Source of the DNA: Rubrivivax sp.
Lineage (GTDB): Bacteria; Pseudomonadota; Gammaproteobacteria; Burkholderiales; Burkholderiaceae_C
Length of the DNA: 64,000 nucleotides
Assembly (NCBI GenBank): GCA_024641965.1
Contig: JAHECC010000001.1
Span: 29,042-93,041 of the forward strand
Direction: 5' to 3'
This document shows positions 52,210 through 61,734 of the stretch, piece after piece. How positions within the stretch are numbered: the first letter of the stretch is position 1; every line of letters starts with the position of its first letter. Both the position numbers and the translations under genes were made by a program. The notes under the pieces were generated by a model that saw only the letters and a program-made list of their open reading frames with translations, ran no database searches and was not told the origin of the DNA.

Positions 52210-53556
52210 TCACGGCGCGAGCTTGAGGCGGATGTGCGCCATCAGCCCGCCATCCGGCGCGTTGGCCAGCTCGAGCGAGCCACCGATACGGTGCAGTGAC
52301 TTCTCCACGATGGCCAGGCCCAGTCCCGCGCCAGTCGCCGCGGTGCGCGCTGTGTCGCCGCGGAAGAAGGGGGTGGTCAGCTGCGCCAGCTTCTCTGGCG
52401 CCACACCGGGACCCTGGTCGCGCACCGTGACGATGACCCACGGACCGGTCTTGGCGTAGCTCACCGTGACCATGGCCACGCCGGTGTTGGTGCCGCGGCC
52501 ATAGCGCCGCGCGTTTTCAAAGAGGTTGGAAAACACGCGCCCGAGTTCGGTGTCGTCGGCCATCACGGCCAGGTCGATGGCCAGGCGCGAATCGATGCGG
52601 ATCTGCTTCGGGTCGCGGAAGGGCGCGGCTTCGCGATCGATCAACTGCGACAGGTGCACCGGTTGCAGGTCGGTGTCGCCTGGCCTTGCGTAGTCCATGA
52701 ATTGGTCGATGATGGCGTCGAGCTGTTCGATGTCCAGCGCCATGTTGCGCTTGGCCTCCTCGTTGGCCACGCTCATCTCGGTTTCCAGCCGCAGCCGCGC
52801 CAGTGGCGTGCGCAGGTCGTGCGAAATGCCGGCCAGCATGACGGCACGGTCTTCCTCCACCTTGGCCAACTCGCGCGCCATGCGGTTGAAACCGCGATTG
52901 ACCTCGCGGATCTCGCTGGTCAGCGTGTTTTCGTCGAGGCGCGAATCGAGGTCGCCTTCGCGGATGCGGCTGGCGGCAAAGGACAGTTCGCGCAACGGCC
53001 GGTTGATGAGCCGGGCGATGACCACGGAGCCGACCATAGTGGCTAGCAATGCGATGCCGACCCATACAAACCAGGTGCTGCTGGTCAGCGGGCCGGCAGG
53101 GGCGGTCTCGGTCTGCAGCCAATAGAGGTCGCGATCGATCGAGAAGCCCACCCACATGCCGCCGACGCCGTTCACGCTGCTCGCCACCACCGCATCGGGC
53201 CCGAGGCGCAGTTTGAGTTCGTCGCTGACGCCTTGGCGAAAGCGGTCGGTGGCGTAGGGCTCCCAGCGATCACCCGGTTCGCGCGGCAGCACACGCAAGG
53301 TGTTCTGGCCGACCAGGGTCTTGATCAAGGCGACGCGGTTGATGCCGTCGACCTGGCGCAGGGCCGTGCGCGACAGGTTCACCAGGCCGGCCGTCTGCTG
53401 CGCGGCTTGCACCGCGCGCGGCTCGAACTCCAGCGCGCGCAAGGTCTGCACCCAGGCAAAGATGCCGCCGGCCAGCAGCAGTGCCAGCAGGAAGAAGGTG
53501 CGCCAGAACAGGCTCAGTTCAACGTGTGTACGGGCCACTTCGATACGCCGACGCAA
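52210..53556 (-). CDS. envZ: EnvZ/RisS-like sensor histidine kinase
   Basis: Two TM helices, HAMP, H-box AGISHDLRTPLARL, N-box NLFENARRY, DQGPG, GAGLGL; start uncertain. Confidence 0.88.
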   Translation of the reverse strand: MRRRIEVARTHVELSLFWRTFFLLALLLAGGIFAWVQTLRALEFEPRAVQAAQQTAGLVNLSRTALRQVDGINRVALIKTLVGQNTLRVLPREPGDRWEPYATDRFRQGVSDELKLRLGPDAVVASSVNGVGGMWVGFSIDRDLYWLQTETAPAGPLTSSTWFVWVGIALLATMVGSVVIARLINRPLRELSFAASRIREGDLDSRLDENTLTSEIREVNRGFNRMARELAKVEEDRAVMLAGISHDLRTPLARLRLETEMSVANEEAKRNMALDIEQLDAIIDQFMDYARPGDTDLQPVHLSQLIDREAAPFRDPKQIRIDSRLAIDLAVMADDTELGRVFSNLFENARRYGRGTNTGVAMVTVSYAKTGPWVIVTVRDQGPGVAPEKLAQLTTPFFRGDTARTAATGAGLGLAIVEKSLHRIGGSLELANAPDGGLMAHIRLKLAP

Positions 53557-53566
53557 CAGCTTTGAA

Positions 53567-53592
53567 ACCGGCTGCGCCTAGGCGCAGCCGGT
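53567..53592. repeat. Perfect 26-bp palindrome
   Basis: ACCGGCTGCGCCT|AGGCGCAGCCGGT, no loop; its core GCTGCGCCTAGGCGC recurs at 53668-82. Confidence 0.9.
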
Positions 53593-53674
53593 GGCGGCTT
53601 GTGCGGGCGGGGACCGAGGCCAGGCGAAGCGCGCGTGCCCATGGCGCGCACAGGCGGGCCGATGTTCGCTGCGC

Positions 53675-54412
53675 CTAGGCGCTCATGCCGTCCGGCACGA
53701 ACACGTAGCCCACGCCCCACACCGTCTGAATGTAGCGTGGTTGGGCCGGGTCGGGTTCGAGCATCTTGCGCAGCCGCGAGATCTGCACATCCAGGCTGCG
53801 ATCGAAGGGTTCGAACTCGCGCCCGCGTGCCAGCTGGGCCAGCTTGTCGCGCGACAGCGGCTGGCGCGGGTGGCGCACCAGCGCCTTGAGCATCGAGAAC
53901 TCGCCCGTGGTCAGCGAGATCTGCTGGCCTTCCTTGACCAGGCGGCGCAGCGACAGGTCGAACTCGTAGGGACCGAAGCTCACCGTCTGCGCTTCCTTCG
54001 ACGGCGCACCCGGTGCCTCCAGTGCGGGCCGGCGGCGCAGCACGGCATGGATGCGGGCCAGCAGCTCGCGCGGGTTGAAGGGTTTGGTCAGGTAGTCGTC
54101 GGCACCGACTTCGAGGCCGACGATGCGGTCCACGTCCTCGACCTTGGCGGTGAGCATGATGATCGGCGTGGTGTCCTTCAGCGAGCGCAGCCGGCGGCAG
54201 ATCGACAGGCCGTCTTCGCCGGGCAGCATCAGGTCGAGCACGATCAGGTCGACAGTCTCGCGCATGAGCACGCGGTTCAGTGCCTTGGCGTCCTCGGCGA
54301 GCAGCACATCAAAGCCCTCTTGGGTGAGGTAGCGGCGCAGCAGATCGCGGATGCGCGCGTCGTCGTCGACAATCACCACACGGTTCGGCCGCGAGTTGGA
54401 CGCTTGGGTCAT
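53675..54412 (-). CDS. ompR: OmpR/RisA-like response regulator
   Basis: IVDDD, VLDLMLPGEDG, GLEVGADDY..KPFNPREL, RSLDVQISRLRK, YIQTVWGVGY. Confidence 0.94.
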   Translation of the reverse strand: MTQASNSRPNRVVIVDDDARIRDLLRRYLTQEGFDVLLAEDAKALNRVLMRETVDLIVLDLMLPGEDGLSICRRLRSLKDTTPIIMLTAKVEDVDRIVGLEVGADDYLTKPFNPRELLARIHAVLRRRPALEAPGAPSKEAQTVSFGPYEFDLSLRRLVKEGQQISLTTGEFSMLKALVRHPRQPLSRDKLAQLARGREFEPFDRSLDVQISRLRKMLEPDPAQPRYIQTVWGVGYVFVPDGMSA

Positions 54413-54427
54413 TGCGGACTCCAAATT

Positions 54428-54491
54428 TGTAACAACGGCATTGTGCAGGCCTTCTTGAGAGGCAAAAACCCGCTATTGACCAACTGTTACA
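54428..54491. promoter_or_regulatory. Two TGTWACA boxes in the ompR/SIMPL divergent region
   Basis: TGTAACA (54428-34) and TGTTACA (54485-91), reverse complements of each other, in an AT-rich spacer. Confidence 0.55.
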
Positions 54492-54597
54492 GCTCAATTG
54501 TCGGCGCCGCCGCGGGCAATGCAAGGCCGCGTGACGGATGCCACGCGGCACAATTGCAGCCCGGCCGATGAGGCCGCAGCAACCCCTTACGCAGATC

Positions 54598-55317
54598 ATG
54601 AATAGAACACCCGCATCCATGTTGGGCGCCGCGGCGCTGTGCTGGCTCGCATCTGGCTCGGGGCCAGTCCACGCCCAGGCTATTGCGACCGAGGCCAATC
54701 TGCTCTCGCTGTCGGCCAGCGCCAGCGTCGAGGTCACGCGCGACGTGCTCGGCATCACCTTTTCCACGCAACGCGAAGGCGCCGATGCGGCGGCGGTGCA
54801 GTTGCAGCTGATGCAGGCACTCGAGCCTGCGCTGGCCGAGGCGCGCAAGCTGGTGCGGCCGGATGGGGTGGAGGTGAGCACGGGCAACTTTTCGGTGCTG
54901 CCGCGCTACGCCCCCAAGGGCGGGGCCACGCAGTGGCAGGGCACGGTCGAAATGCGCGTCGAGGGCCGTGATGTCGAAGCCTTGACACGTCTGGTCGGGC
55001 GCATCCAGACGCTGAGCGTGGCGCGCGTGGGCTACAGCCTGTCGCGCGAGGCGCGCGACAAGGTGCAGGCCGATGTCAGCACGCAGGCCATCGCACGCTT
55101 TCGCAGCCAGGCCGAGGCCTATGCCAAGGCCTTCGGCTTCGGCGACTACACGCTGCGCGCAGTGGAGTTGCGCACGAACGAATCGCCGAATCCACCGATG
55201 CCGGTGTTTCGCGGGGCGCGCGCCGCTGTGGCGATGTCAGCCGAAGAGGTGCTTCCGGTCGAGGCCGGCAAGGCCGATGTCAGTACCACGGTCAGCGGCA
55301 CGGTGCAGATGAAGTAG
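54598..55317 (+). CDS. SIMPL (DUF541) periplasmic protein
   Basis: Signal peptide; LSLSASASVEV..D, STGNFSVLPRY, YSLSRE, PVEAGK..V...VSGTVQM. Confidence 0.88.
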   Translation: MNRTPASMLGAAALCWLASGSGPVHAQAIATEANLLSLSASASVEVTRDVLGITFSTQREGADAAAVQLQLMQALEPALAEARKLVRPDGVEVSTGNFSVLPRYAPKGGATQWQGTVEMRVEGRDVEALTRLVGRIQTLSVARVGYSLSREARDKVQADVSTQAIARFRSQAEAYAKAFGFGDYTLRAVELRTNESPNPPMPVFRGARAAVAMSAEEVLPVEAGKADVSTTVSGTVQMK

Positions 55318-55370
55318 TTTCCGCGGGCCTTGTTAGCATCCCTCCAACATACAAGTGAGGGAGCCTGAGC

Positions 55371-56249
55371 ATGACCGAGCCGCGACTGCAGCATGTCCAG
55401 TGCCTCGACAGCCGCGGGCTGCATCGCATGGCCTACTGGGAATGGGGCGACGCGGCGAATCCCGAGGTGCTGTTGTGTGTGCACGGGCTGACGCGCCAGG
55501 GACGCGACTTCGACAACCTGGCGCGAAGCATGGTCGACAAATACCGTGTGGTCTGCCCCGATGTGGTCGGCCGCGGCCGGTCCGATTGGCTGATCGACCC
55601 GATGGGATATGCGGTACCGCACTACGTCGCCGACATGGTGTGCCTGCTGGCACGCCTGGATGCAAAAGGCGTCGATTGGGTCGGGACCTCGATGGGCGGG
55701 CTCATCGGCCTCGGGCTGGCCAGCCTGGAAGGCTCTCCGCTGCGCAAGCTGGTGCTGAACGACGTCGGGCCGGCAATCCAGCCGCAGGCGCTGCGGCGCA
55801 TCGGCAGCTATGTGGGGCAGACGGCCTTTTGGCCGACGCTGGACGCTGCCGCCGACGCGGCCTGGGCGCTCTCGCAAGGCTTCGGGCCGCACACGCGCGA
55901 TGAATGGCTGGCCCTGACGGCGCCGCAGATCAAGCCCACCACGCAGGACGGCGAGCCGGGCTTCACGGCGCGTTGTGATCCAGGCATCGCCGTGCCCTTC
56001 CGCGCCGTCACGCCCGAAATGGTGGCGGCCGGCGAGGCGCTGCTGTGGCAGAGCTACGACCGGCTGCGCTGCAAGACCCTGCTGCTGCGCGGTGCCGAGT
56101 CCGACCTGTTGTCTGCCGATACCGCGGCGGCGATGGCGCAGCGCGGCCCGCGTGCGCAACTGCATGAGTTTGCCGGTGTGGGCCATGCCCCCACGCTGGT
56201 GCATGCCGACCAGATCGAGGTCGTGCGGCAATTCCTGTTGTCCCCATGA
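55371..56249 (+). CDS. Alpha/beta hydrolase
   Basis: CVHGLTRQGRDF, PDVVGRGRSDW, nucleophile elbow GTSMGG, GVGHAP; extended -10 TGTTAGCAT at 55331-39. Confidence 0.92.
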   Translation: MTEPRLQHVQCLDSRGLHRMAYWEWGDAANPEVLLCVHGLTRQGRDFDNLARSMVDKYRVVCPDVVGRGRSDWLIDPMGYAVPHYVADMVCLLARLDAKGVDWVGTSMGGLIGLGLASLEGSPLRKLVLNDVGPAIQPQALRRIGSYVGQTAFWPTLDAAADAAWALSQGFGPHTRDEWLALTAPQIKPTTQDGEPGFTARCDPGIAVPFRAVTPEMVAAGEALLWQSYDRLRCKTLLLRGAESDLLSADTAAAMAQRGPRAQLHEFAGVGHAPTLVHADQIEVVRQFLLSP

Positions 56250-58498
56250 AGACCGGCTCAGCCACCACGCCAGTGGCCGAGACCTCGTCGATCGTGCGCC
56301 TGAGCGATGGCGCCGATGGCCTGCACATGGCCGACGAAGGCGGCAGCGATGCCTTGCGGCGTGCGCGCAGTTTCGCCGAGCCGCTGCTCGCCGGGCAGAA
56401 GCTCGATACTGGCGAGGACGCGATGGCGCATGCCGACGGTGTGGCCTCGATCCTGCAGAGCATCGGCGCCGCACCGTCGATGCGCGCCGCGGCCTATCTG
56501 GTGTATTCGGGCGACTACCTGCAGCGGCCCGAGGAGGTGGTGAGCAAGGCTTTCGGCCCGTCCTACGCCACGCTGGTCGTGCACACGCGCAAGTTGGTGC
56601 AGATTCAGCGCTCGGCGCGCGATGCGCAGGTCGAAGCGCAACGCCGCGAGTTGCAGACCGAGCGCGTGCGCAAGATGCTGCTGTCCTTTGCCAGCGATCT
56701 GCGCGTGGTACTGCTGCGCCTGACCTCGCGTTTGCAGACGCTGCGTTATTTCGCCGCCAGCCGACAATCCTGTCCAGTAGGGCTGGCGCGCGAATCGCAA
56801 GACGTGTTCGCGCCGCTGGCCAACCGCCTGGGCATCTGGCAGCTGAAGTGGGAAATGGAGGATCTGGCCTTCCGCTTCCTGCAGCCGGCCCAGTACCGCG
56901 CGGTGGCAGAACTGATCGACGCCAAGCGTGCGCAACGCGAGCGCGCCATCGAACAGGCACGCCGACGGCTGGCCGCGGAGTTGGCCGCCGCCGGGCTGCG
57001 CTGCGAGGTGCAGGGCCGCCCGAAGCATCTGTACAGCGTGTGGAAGAAGATGCAGGGCAAGGGCATCGATTTCGCACATGTCTTCGATCTGCGTGCGCTG
57101 CGGGTCATCGTCGATGACACGGGCGCCTGCTATGCCGCCTTGTCGCGCGTGCACGAACGCTACGTCGCCGTGCCGGGTGAGTTCGACGACTACATCGCCA
57201 AGCCCAAGGCCAACGGCTACCAGTCGCTGCACACGGTGGTGCGCGATGCGGACGGCGCTGCGCTCGAGGTTCAGATTCGCACCCGCGCCATGCACGATCA
57301 TGCCGAACACGGTGTGGCCGCGCACTGGGCCTACAAGGAGGCCGGTGCCCGCGGCTACTCGGGCGTGGTGGCGGCGGGTGAGTTCGAGAAGCGTGTCGCC
57401 GAGGCGCGGCGTTCGGTGCTGCGTGAGCTGCTCGCCTGGGAACGCGAGATGTCCGGTCGCGACGCGCCGGACGCAGCCGATGGCGGTTTCCACGACCGCA
57501 TCTACGTCTTTACGCCGCAGGCCGCGGTGATCGAACTGCCGGCCGGCGCCACGCCGGTGGACTTCGCCTACAGCCTGCACACCAGCGTCGGCCACCGTTG
57601 CCGTGGCGCGCGTGTCGACGATGCGCTCGTGCCCTTGCACACGCCGCTGCGCAACGGGCAGACGGTGGAGATCATCACCGCCAAGGAAGGCGGCCCGTCG
57701 CGCGACTGGCTGAATGCCGAGCCCGCGTACCTCCAAAGCGCCCGCTCTCGCGCCAAGGTGCGTGCCTGGTTTCATGCCCAACAGCTGGCATTGACGGTGG
57801 CGCGTGGCCGCGAGGCGGTGGAACGCCTGCTGCAGCGCGAGGGGCGCACCGCATTCAAGTTGGAGCATTTGGCCGAGCAACTCGGTTTCAAGCACGCCGA
57901 GCGCTTGTTCGAGGCGGTAGGCAAGGACGAGTTCTCGTTGCACCTCATCGAGAACCTGCTGCGCCCGCCCGCGCCGGCGCCGAGTGCGGACGAGCGTGTG
58001 GCCTTGCGTCGCCCGTCCGTGCGTCATGAGCCGGACAAGGGCGGGGTGCTGGTGGTCGGCGTCGAATCGTTGTTGACCACTTTGGCGCGCTGCTGCCGAC
58101 CGGCGCCGCCCGATGCGATCGGTGGATTCGTCACGCGCGGCAAGGGTGTCGCCATCCACCGGGCCGATTGCAACAATCTGAAGCACATGGTTTCGCAGTC
58201 GCCCGAGCGACTGATCGCGGTGGAGTGGGGCGTACAGGGCCGCGATGCACCGGCCGCCTACGCCGTGGATCTGCTGATCGAGGCCGAGGACCGCCAAGGT
58301 CTGTTGCGCGACATCTCCGAACTGCTGGCCAAGGAAAAGATGAATGTCAGCGGCTTCAACACGCAATCGGTGAAGGACGCGCGTGGCCGCACAGCGTGGA
58401 TGACGGTCACCGTCGAGGTCAGCGATACCACGCGATTGCCGCAGGTGCTCGACCGTCTGTTGCAACTGAGCGGTGTGCGCCGCGCGATGCGCAAGTAG
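56246..58498 (+). CDS. relA: (p)ppGpp synthetase RelA (hydrolase-degenerate)
   Basis: HD motif replaced (AAYLVYSGD); synthetase GRPKHLYS, EFDDYI, NGYQSLHT, EVQIRT, GVAAHWAYK; TGS, CCRP, ACT domains. Confidence 0.95.
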   Translation: MKTGSATTPVAETSSIVRLSDGADGLHMADEGGSDALRRARSFAEPLLAGQKLDTGEDAMAHADGVASILQSIGAAPSMRAAAYLVYSGDYLQRPEEVVSKAFGPSYATLVVHTRKLVQIQRSARDAQVEAQRRELQTERVRKMLLSFASDLRVVLLRLTSRLQTLRYFAASRQSCPVGLARESQDVFAPLANRLGIWQLKWEMEDLAFRFLQPAQYRAVAELIDAKRAQRERAIEQARRRLAAELAAAGLRCEVQGRPKHLYSVWKKMQGKGIDFAHVFDLRALRVIVDDTGACYAALSRVHERYVAVPGEFDDYIAKPKANGYQSLHTVVRDADGAALEVQIRTRAMHDHAEHGVAAHWAYKEAGARGYSGVVAAGEFEKRVAEARRSVLRELLAWEREMSGRDAPDAADGGFHDRIYVFTPQAAVIELPAGATPVDFAYSLHTSVGHRCRGARVDDALVPLHTPLRNGQTVEIITAKEGGPSRDWLNAEPAYLQSARSRAKVRAWFHAQQLALTVARGREAVERLLQREGRTAFKLEHLAEQLGFKHAERLFEAVGKDEFSLHLIENLLRPPAPAPSADERVALRRPSVRHEPDKGGVLVVGVESLLTTLARCCRPAPPDAIGGFVTRGKGVAIHRADCNNLKHMVSQSPERLIAVEWGVQGRDAPAAYAVDLLIEAEDRQGLLRDISELLAKEKMNVSGFNTQSVKDARGRTAWMTVTVEVSDTTRLPQVLDRLLQLSGVRRAMRK

Positions 58499-58532
58499 GG
58501 CTCCGGCGCACTGCTACAATGCTCGGCTTCGC

Positions 58533-58609
58533 AGGCGCGTAGCTCAGCTGGTTAGAGCACCACCTTGACATGGTGGGGGTCGTTGGTTCGAGTCCAATCG
58601 CGCCTACCA
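58533..58609 (+). tRNA. tRNA-Val (GAC)
   Basis: Acceptor AGGCGCG/CGCGCCT, D-arm AGCTCAGCTGGTTAGAGC, anticodon arm CCACC-TTGACAT-GGTGG, T-loop GGTTCGAGTCC, encoded CCA; extended -10 TGCTACAAT at 58512-20. Confidence 0.98.
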
Positions 58610-58625
58610 GAATTGGTTGGCAAAG

Positions 58626-58657
58626 AAGGCCCCCGGTGCATGCACCGGGGGCTTTTT
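58626..58657. terminator. Intrinsic terminator after tRNA-Val, probably bidirectional
   Basis: Perfect 24-bp palindrome GCCCCCGGTGCA|TGCACCGGGGGC with TTTTT on the right and an A-rich left flank. Confidence 0.85.
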
Positions 58658-58676
58658 CGTATCCGTTCCGCGCGGC

Positions 58677-60344
58677 TCAGGCGTAGCGCGGGTAGATCGG
58701 CTCGTACATGCAACTGCGCACGTGCGCGTCCAGATCGGCGGGTCGCTCGATACCGGCCAACCCTTGATGGAAGGCCACCTCGGCCACAGCCACCGCAATC
58801 TGCGCCGACACCTCGCGTACGTCGCGCAACGAGGGGTACAGACTGCCCTGGGCCAGGTCCTGCGCCGACACCTGGGCCGCCAGCGCGCGCGCCGCTGCCA
58901 GGAACATCGCCTCCGTGATGTGCCGGGCACGTACCGCGATGGCGCCCAGACCCACGCCCGGGAAGATATAGGAGTTGTTTCCCTGCCGCGGCACATGCGT
59001 GTGCCCGGCCCAGGTCACCGCATCGAAGGGGCTGCCCGATGCGAACAGCGCGCGGCCGTCGCTCCACTCGTAGGCCTGCTGCGCGGTGCATTCGGACTTG
59101 GAGGTCGGGTTCGACAACGCGAACACAACCGGGCGCGCGTTCAGCTTCGACATTTCCTGGACCACCTCGCGGTCGAAAGCGCCGGGCACGGCGGCCACGC
59201 CAATGATGGCGGTGGGCTTCAGCGCACGTATCGCGCCAGCGAAGTCCGGCACCATGGCATGCTCGTGGGCGAAGGCCTGCTTGTGCGCGGCCAGCGACCC
59301 GCGCCCGGCGACGACCAGGCCCTTGGAATCAAAGAGCCAGCAGTTGCCGCGCGCGGTGTCCAGGTCGGACCCGGCTTCGGCCATCGCCGCGGCGACGAGT
59401 TCGGCGATGCCGGTGGCGGCCTCACCGGCGCCCAGGAACAGCAAGCGCTGCTCGCTCAAGGCGCCGCCGGTGACGCGCAACGCCGAGATCAGCCCGGCCA
59501 GTGCCACCGCCGCCGTGCCCTGGATGTCGTCGTTGAAGGTGCAGATGCGGTTGCGGTACTTGGCCAGTAGCCGGAAGGCGTTGTGGTTCGCGAAGTCCTC
59601 GAACTGGATGACGACGCCCGGATACAGTTCGCAGGCCGCGGTGATGAACTCCTCCAGCAGTTCGTCGTAGGCGACGCCCGTCAGCCGCGGTTGCGCCAGC
59701 CCCAGGTACAGCGGGTCGTCGCGAAGCTCGAGGTTGTTGGTGCCGACGTCGAGCATCACCGGCAGGCACTGCGTCGGCGGGATGCCGGCGCAGGCCGTGT
59801 ACAACGAGAGCTTGCCCACCGGAATGCCCATGCCGCTGGCGCCCAGATCGCCCAGCCCGAGGATGCGCTCACCGTCGGTGATGACGATCATGGCCACGTC
59901 GCGTCGCGGCCAGTTGCCGAGCAGGCTCTTTACCTGCCCGCGATCGTTGGCATCGATGTAGATGCCGCGTGGGCGCTGGAAGATACGGCCGAACTTCTGG
60001 CACGCCAGGCCCACCGTGGGCGTGTAGATGATCGGCAGCATCTCGTCCGGGTTTTCGGCGATGACGCGGAAGAACAGCACCTCGTTGCGGTCGTGCAGCG
60101 CGGTCATGAAGATGTACTTCTCGAGCGGCGTAGGTAGGCGGTGGAAGTTCTCCAGCACGCGCGCCATCTGTTCGTCCTGGCTGCACACGTGCGAGGGCAG
60201 CAGGCCGTGCAGGCCGAGCAGGTCGCGCTCCTCATGGGTGAATGCGGTGCCCTTGTTCAGTGATGGTTCGTGCAGCAGGGTCACACCGCGGGGAAACCAC
60301 GGTGCGACCGGTGTGAGCGGGCGGGTGTCGGCCGGTGGGTTCAA
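58677..60344 (-). CDS. maeA: NAD(P)-dependent malic enzyme, MaeA/SfcA type (no PTA fusion)
   Basis: TDGERILGLGDLG, GKLSLY, IQFEDF, FNDDIQGT, GAGEAATGIA, LSNPTSKSEC, QGNNSYIFPG; TTG start after GGAG. Confidence 0.93.
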   Translation of the reverse strand: MNPPADTRPLTPVAPWFPRGVTLLHEPSLNKGTAFTHEERDLLGLHGLLPSHVCSQDEQMARVLENFHRLPTPLEKYIFMTALHDRNEVLFFRVIAENPDEMLPIIYTPTVGLACQKFGRIFQRPRGIYIDANDRGQVKSLLGNWPRRDVAMIVITDGERILGLGDLGASGMGIPVGKLSLYTACAGIPPTQCLPVMLDVGTNNLELRDDPLYLGLAQPRLTGVAYDELLEEFITAACELYPGVVIQFEDFANHNAFRLLAKYRNRICTFNDDIQGTAAVALAGLISALRVTGGALSEQRLLFLGAGEAATGIAELVAAAMAEAGSDLDTARGNCWLFDSKGLVVAGRGSLAAHKQAFAHEHAMVPDFAGAIRALKPTAIIGVAAVPGAFDREVVQEMSKLNARPVVFALSNPTSKSECTAQQAYEWSDGRALFASGSPFDAVTWAGHTHVPRQGNNSYIFPGVGLGAIAVRARHITEAMFLAAARALAAQVSAQDLAQGSLYPSLRDVREVSAQIAVAVAEVAFHQGLAGIERPADLDAHVRSCMYEPIYPRYA

Positions 60345-60432
60345 GGTCGTTCTCCGGTTTGGCGTGCAGCTCGACGCCGGCATGAACCGTAGTCGCGGGC
60401 GCGGCGCGAAACTTGAGTCAGATCAAGCTTGA

Positions 60433-61734
60433 CTATTGCAACAGGCCAGGCAACCACAAGGCAATGCTCGGGAACGCGCACAACAGGACCAGGCGCACGA
60501 TGTCCACCGCGATGAAGGGCATCGTGCCGCGGTAGATGGCACCCAGCGAGATGTCGCTGGCGATCGAGTTGATGACGAAGACGTTCATGCCCACCGGCGG
60601 GCAGATCATGCCGAAGGTCACGGCCATGACGACGATGACGCCGAACCAGACCGGGTCGAAGCCGAGCTGCATCATCGCCGGGAAGACGATCGGCACGGTC
60701 AGCAGGATCATCGCCAGCTCGTCCATCACGGCGCCGAGGATGAAGTAGCCGACCATCACCAGCGCGAGCACGCCATAGGGCCCGATCGGCAGCTCGACGA
60801 GCCAGCCGACGGCATGCTGCGTGAACTGGGTGATGGTCAGGAAGTAGCCGAACAGGAAGGCACCGACAACGATCATCATGATCGCCGAGGACACGCGCAG
60901 CGCGTCGATCAGCGCCGCGCGGATCTCGCGCCAGCCCAGCCGGCGGCGCAGCAGGCCGATCGCCAAGGTGCCGCTGGCGCCGATGCCAGCGGCCTCTTGC
61001 ACCGTGAACAGTCCGGTGTAGATGCCGCCGAGCACGAAGGCAAAGAGCAGCAGCACGGCCCACAGGTCGCGCACGCTGCTGAGGCGCTCCCGCCAGCTGT
61101 GCGGTTCGCCCAGCGGCAGCAGCGCCGGGTTGCGCCAGCCTAGGAACTGCACCACGGCAAAGTACAGCAGCACCGCCAGAAGTCCGGGCACCGCGCCGGC
61201 CGCGAAGAGCTTGGCGATGTCGACCTCGGTCATGATGCCGTAGAGCACGAAGATCGTCGATGGCGGGATCATGATCCCCAGCGTGCCGCCCGCGGCGATG
61301 AGCCCGGCGGAAAAACCCGGGTCGTAGCCGGCGCGGCGCATCTCGGGCAGCGCCACCTGGCTCATCGTCGCTGCCGTCGCCACCGACGAGCCGTTGATCG
61401 CCGCAAAGCCGCCGCAGGCCGCGATGCTGGCATAGGCCAGGCCGCCGCGACGGTGGCCGAACCAGGCGCGGCCGGCGGTGAACAGCTCGCTGCTCATGCC
61501 CGAGCGCGAAGCGAAGGCGCCCATCAGGATGAACATCGGAATGACCGACAGGTTGTAGTCGGTCAGCACCGACATCGGCACGTTGCCCAACAGGTTCATC
61601 GCCGGGCTCATGCCGCTGAGCGCGCCGAAGCCGAGTACCCCGACCACGCCCATGGCCACGCCGATGGGCACGCGCAAGGCCATCAGCGCGAACATCGCCG
61701 CGAAGCCCAGCACGGTGACGAGCTCACGATCCAT
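60433..61734 (-). CDS. dctM: TRAP transporter large permease
   Basis: IPMFILMG, GFAAINGSSVAT, AGGTLGIMIPPS, GAVMDELA, DPVWFGV, PPVGMNVFV. Confidence 0.95.
   Translation of the reverse strand: MDRELVTVLGFAAMFALMALRVPIGVAMGVVGVLGFGALSGMSPAMNLLGNVPMSVLTDYNLSVIPMFILMGAFASRSGMSSELFTAGRAWFGHRRGGLAYASIAACGGFAAINGSSVATAATMSQVALPEMRRAGYDPGFSAGLIAAGGTLGIMIPPSTIFVLYGIMTEVDIAKLFAAGAVPGLLAVLLYFAVVQFLGWRNPALLPLGEPHSWRERLSSVRDLWAVLLLFAFVLGGIYTGLFTVQEAAGIGASGTLAIGLLRRRLGWREIRAALIDALRVSSAIMMIVVGAFLFGYFLTITQFTQHAVGWLVELPIGPYGVLALVMVGYFILGAVMDELAMILLTVPIVFPAMMQLGFDPVWFGVIVVMAVTFGMICPPVGMNVFVINSIASDISLGAIYRGTMPFIAVDIVRLVLLCAFPSIALWLPGLLQ

Noticed and set aside
55340-55361. CCCTC/GAGGG hairpin hiding the hydrolase SD
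   Set aside because: The CCCTC arm lies directly after the -10 and is mostly upstream of the predicted TSS.
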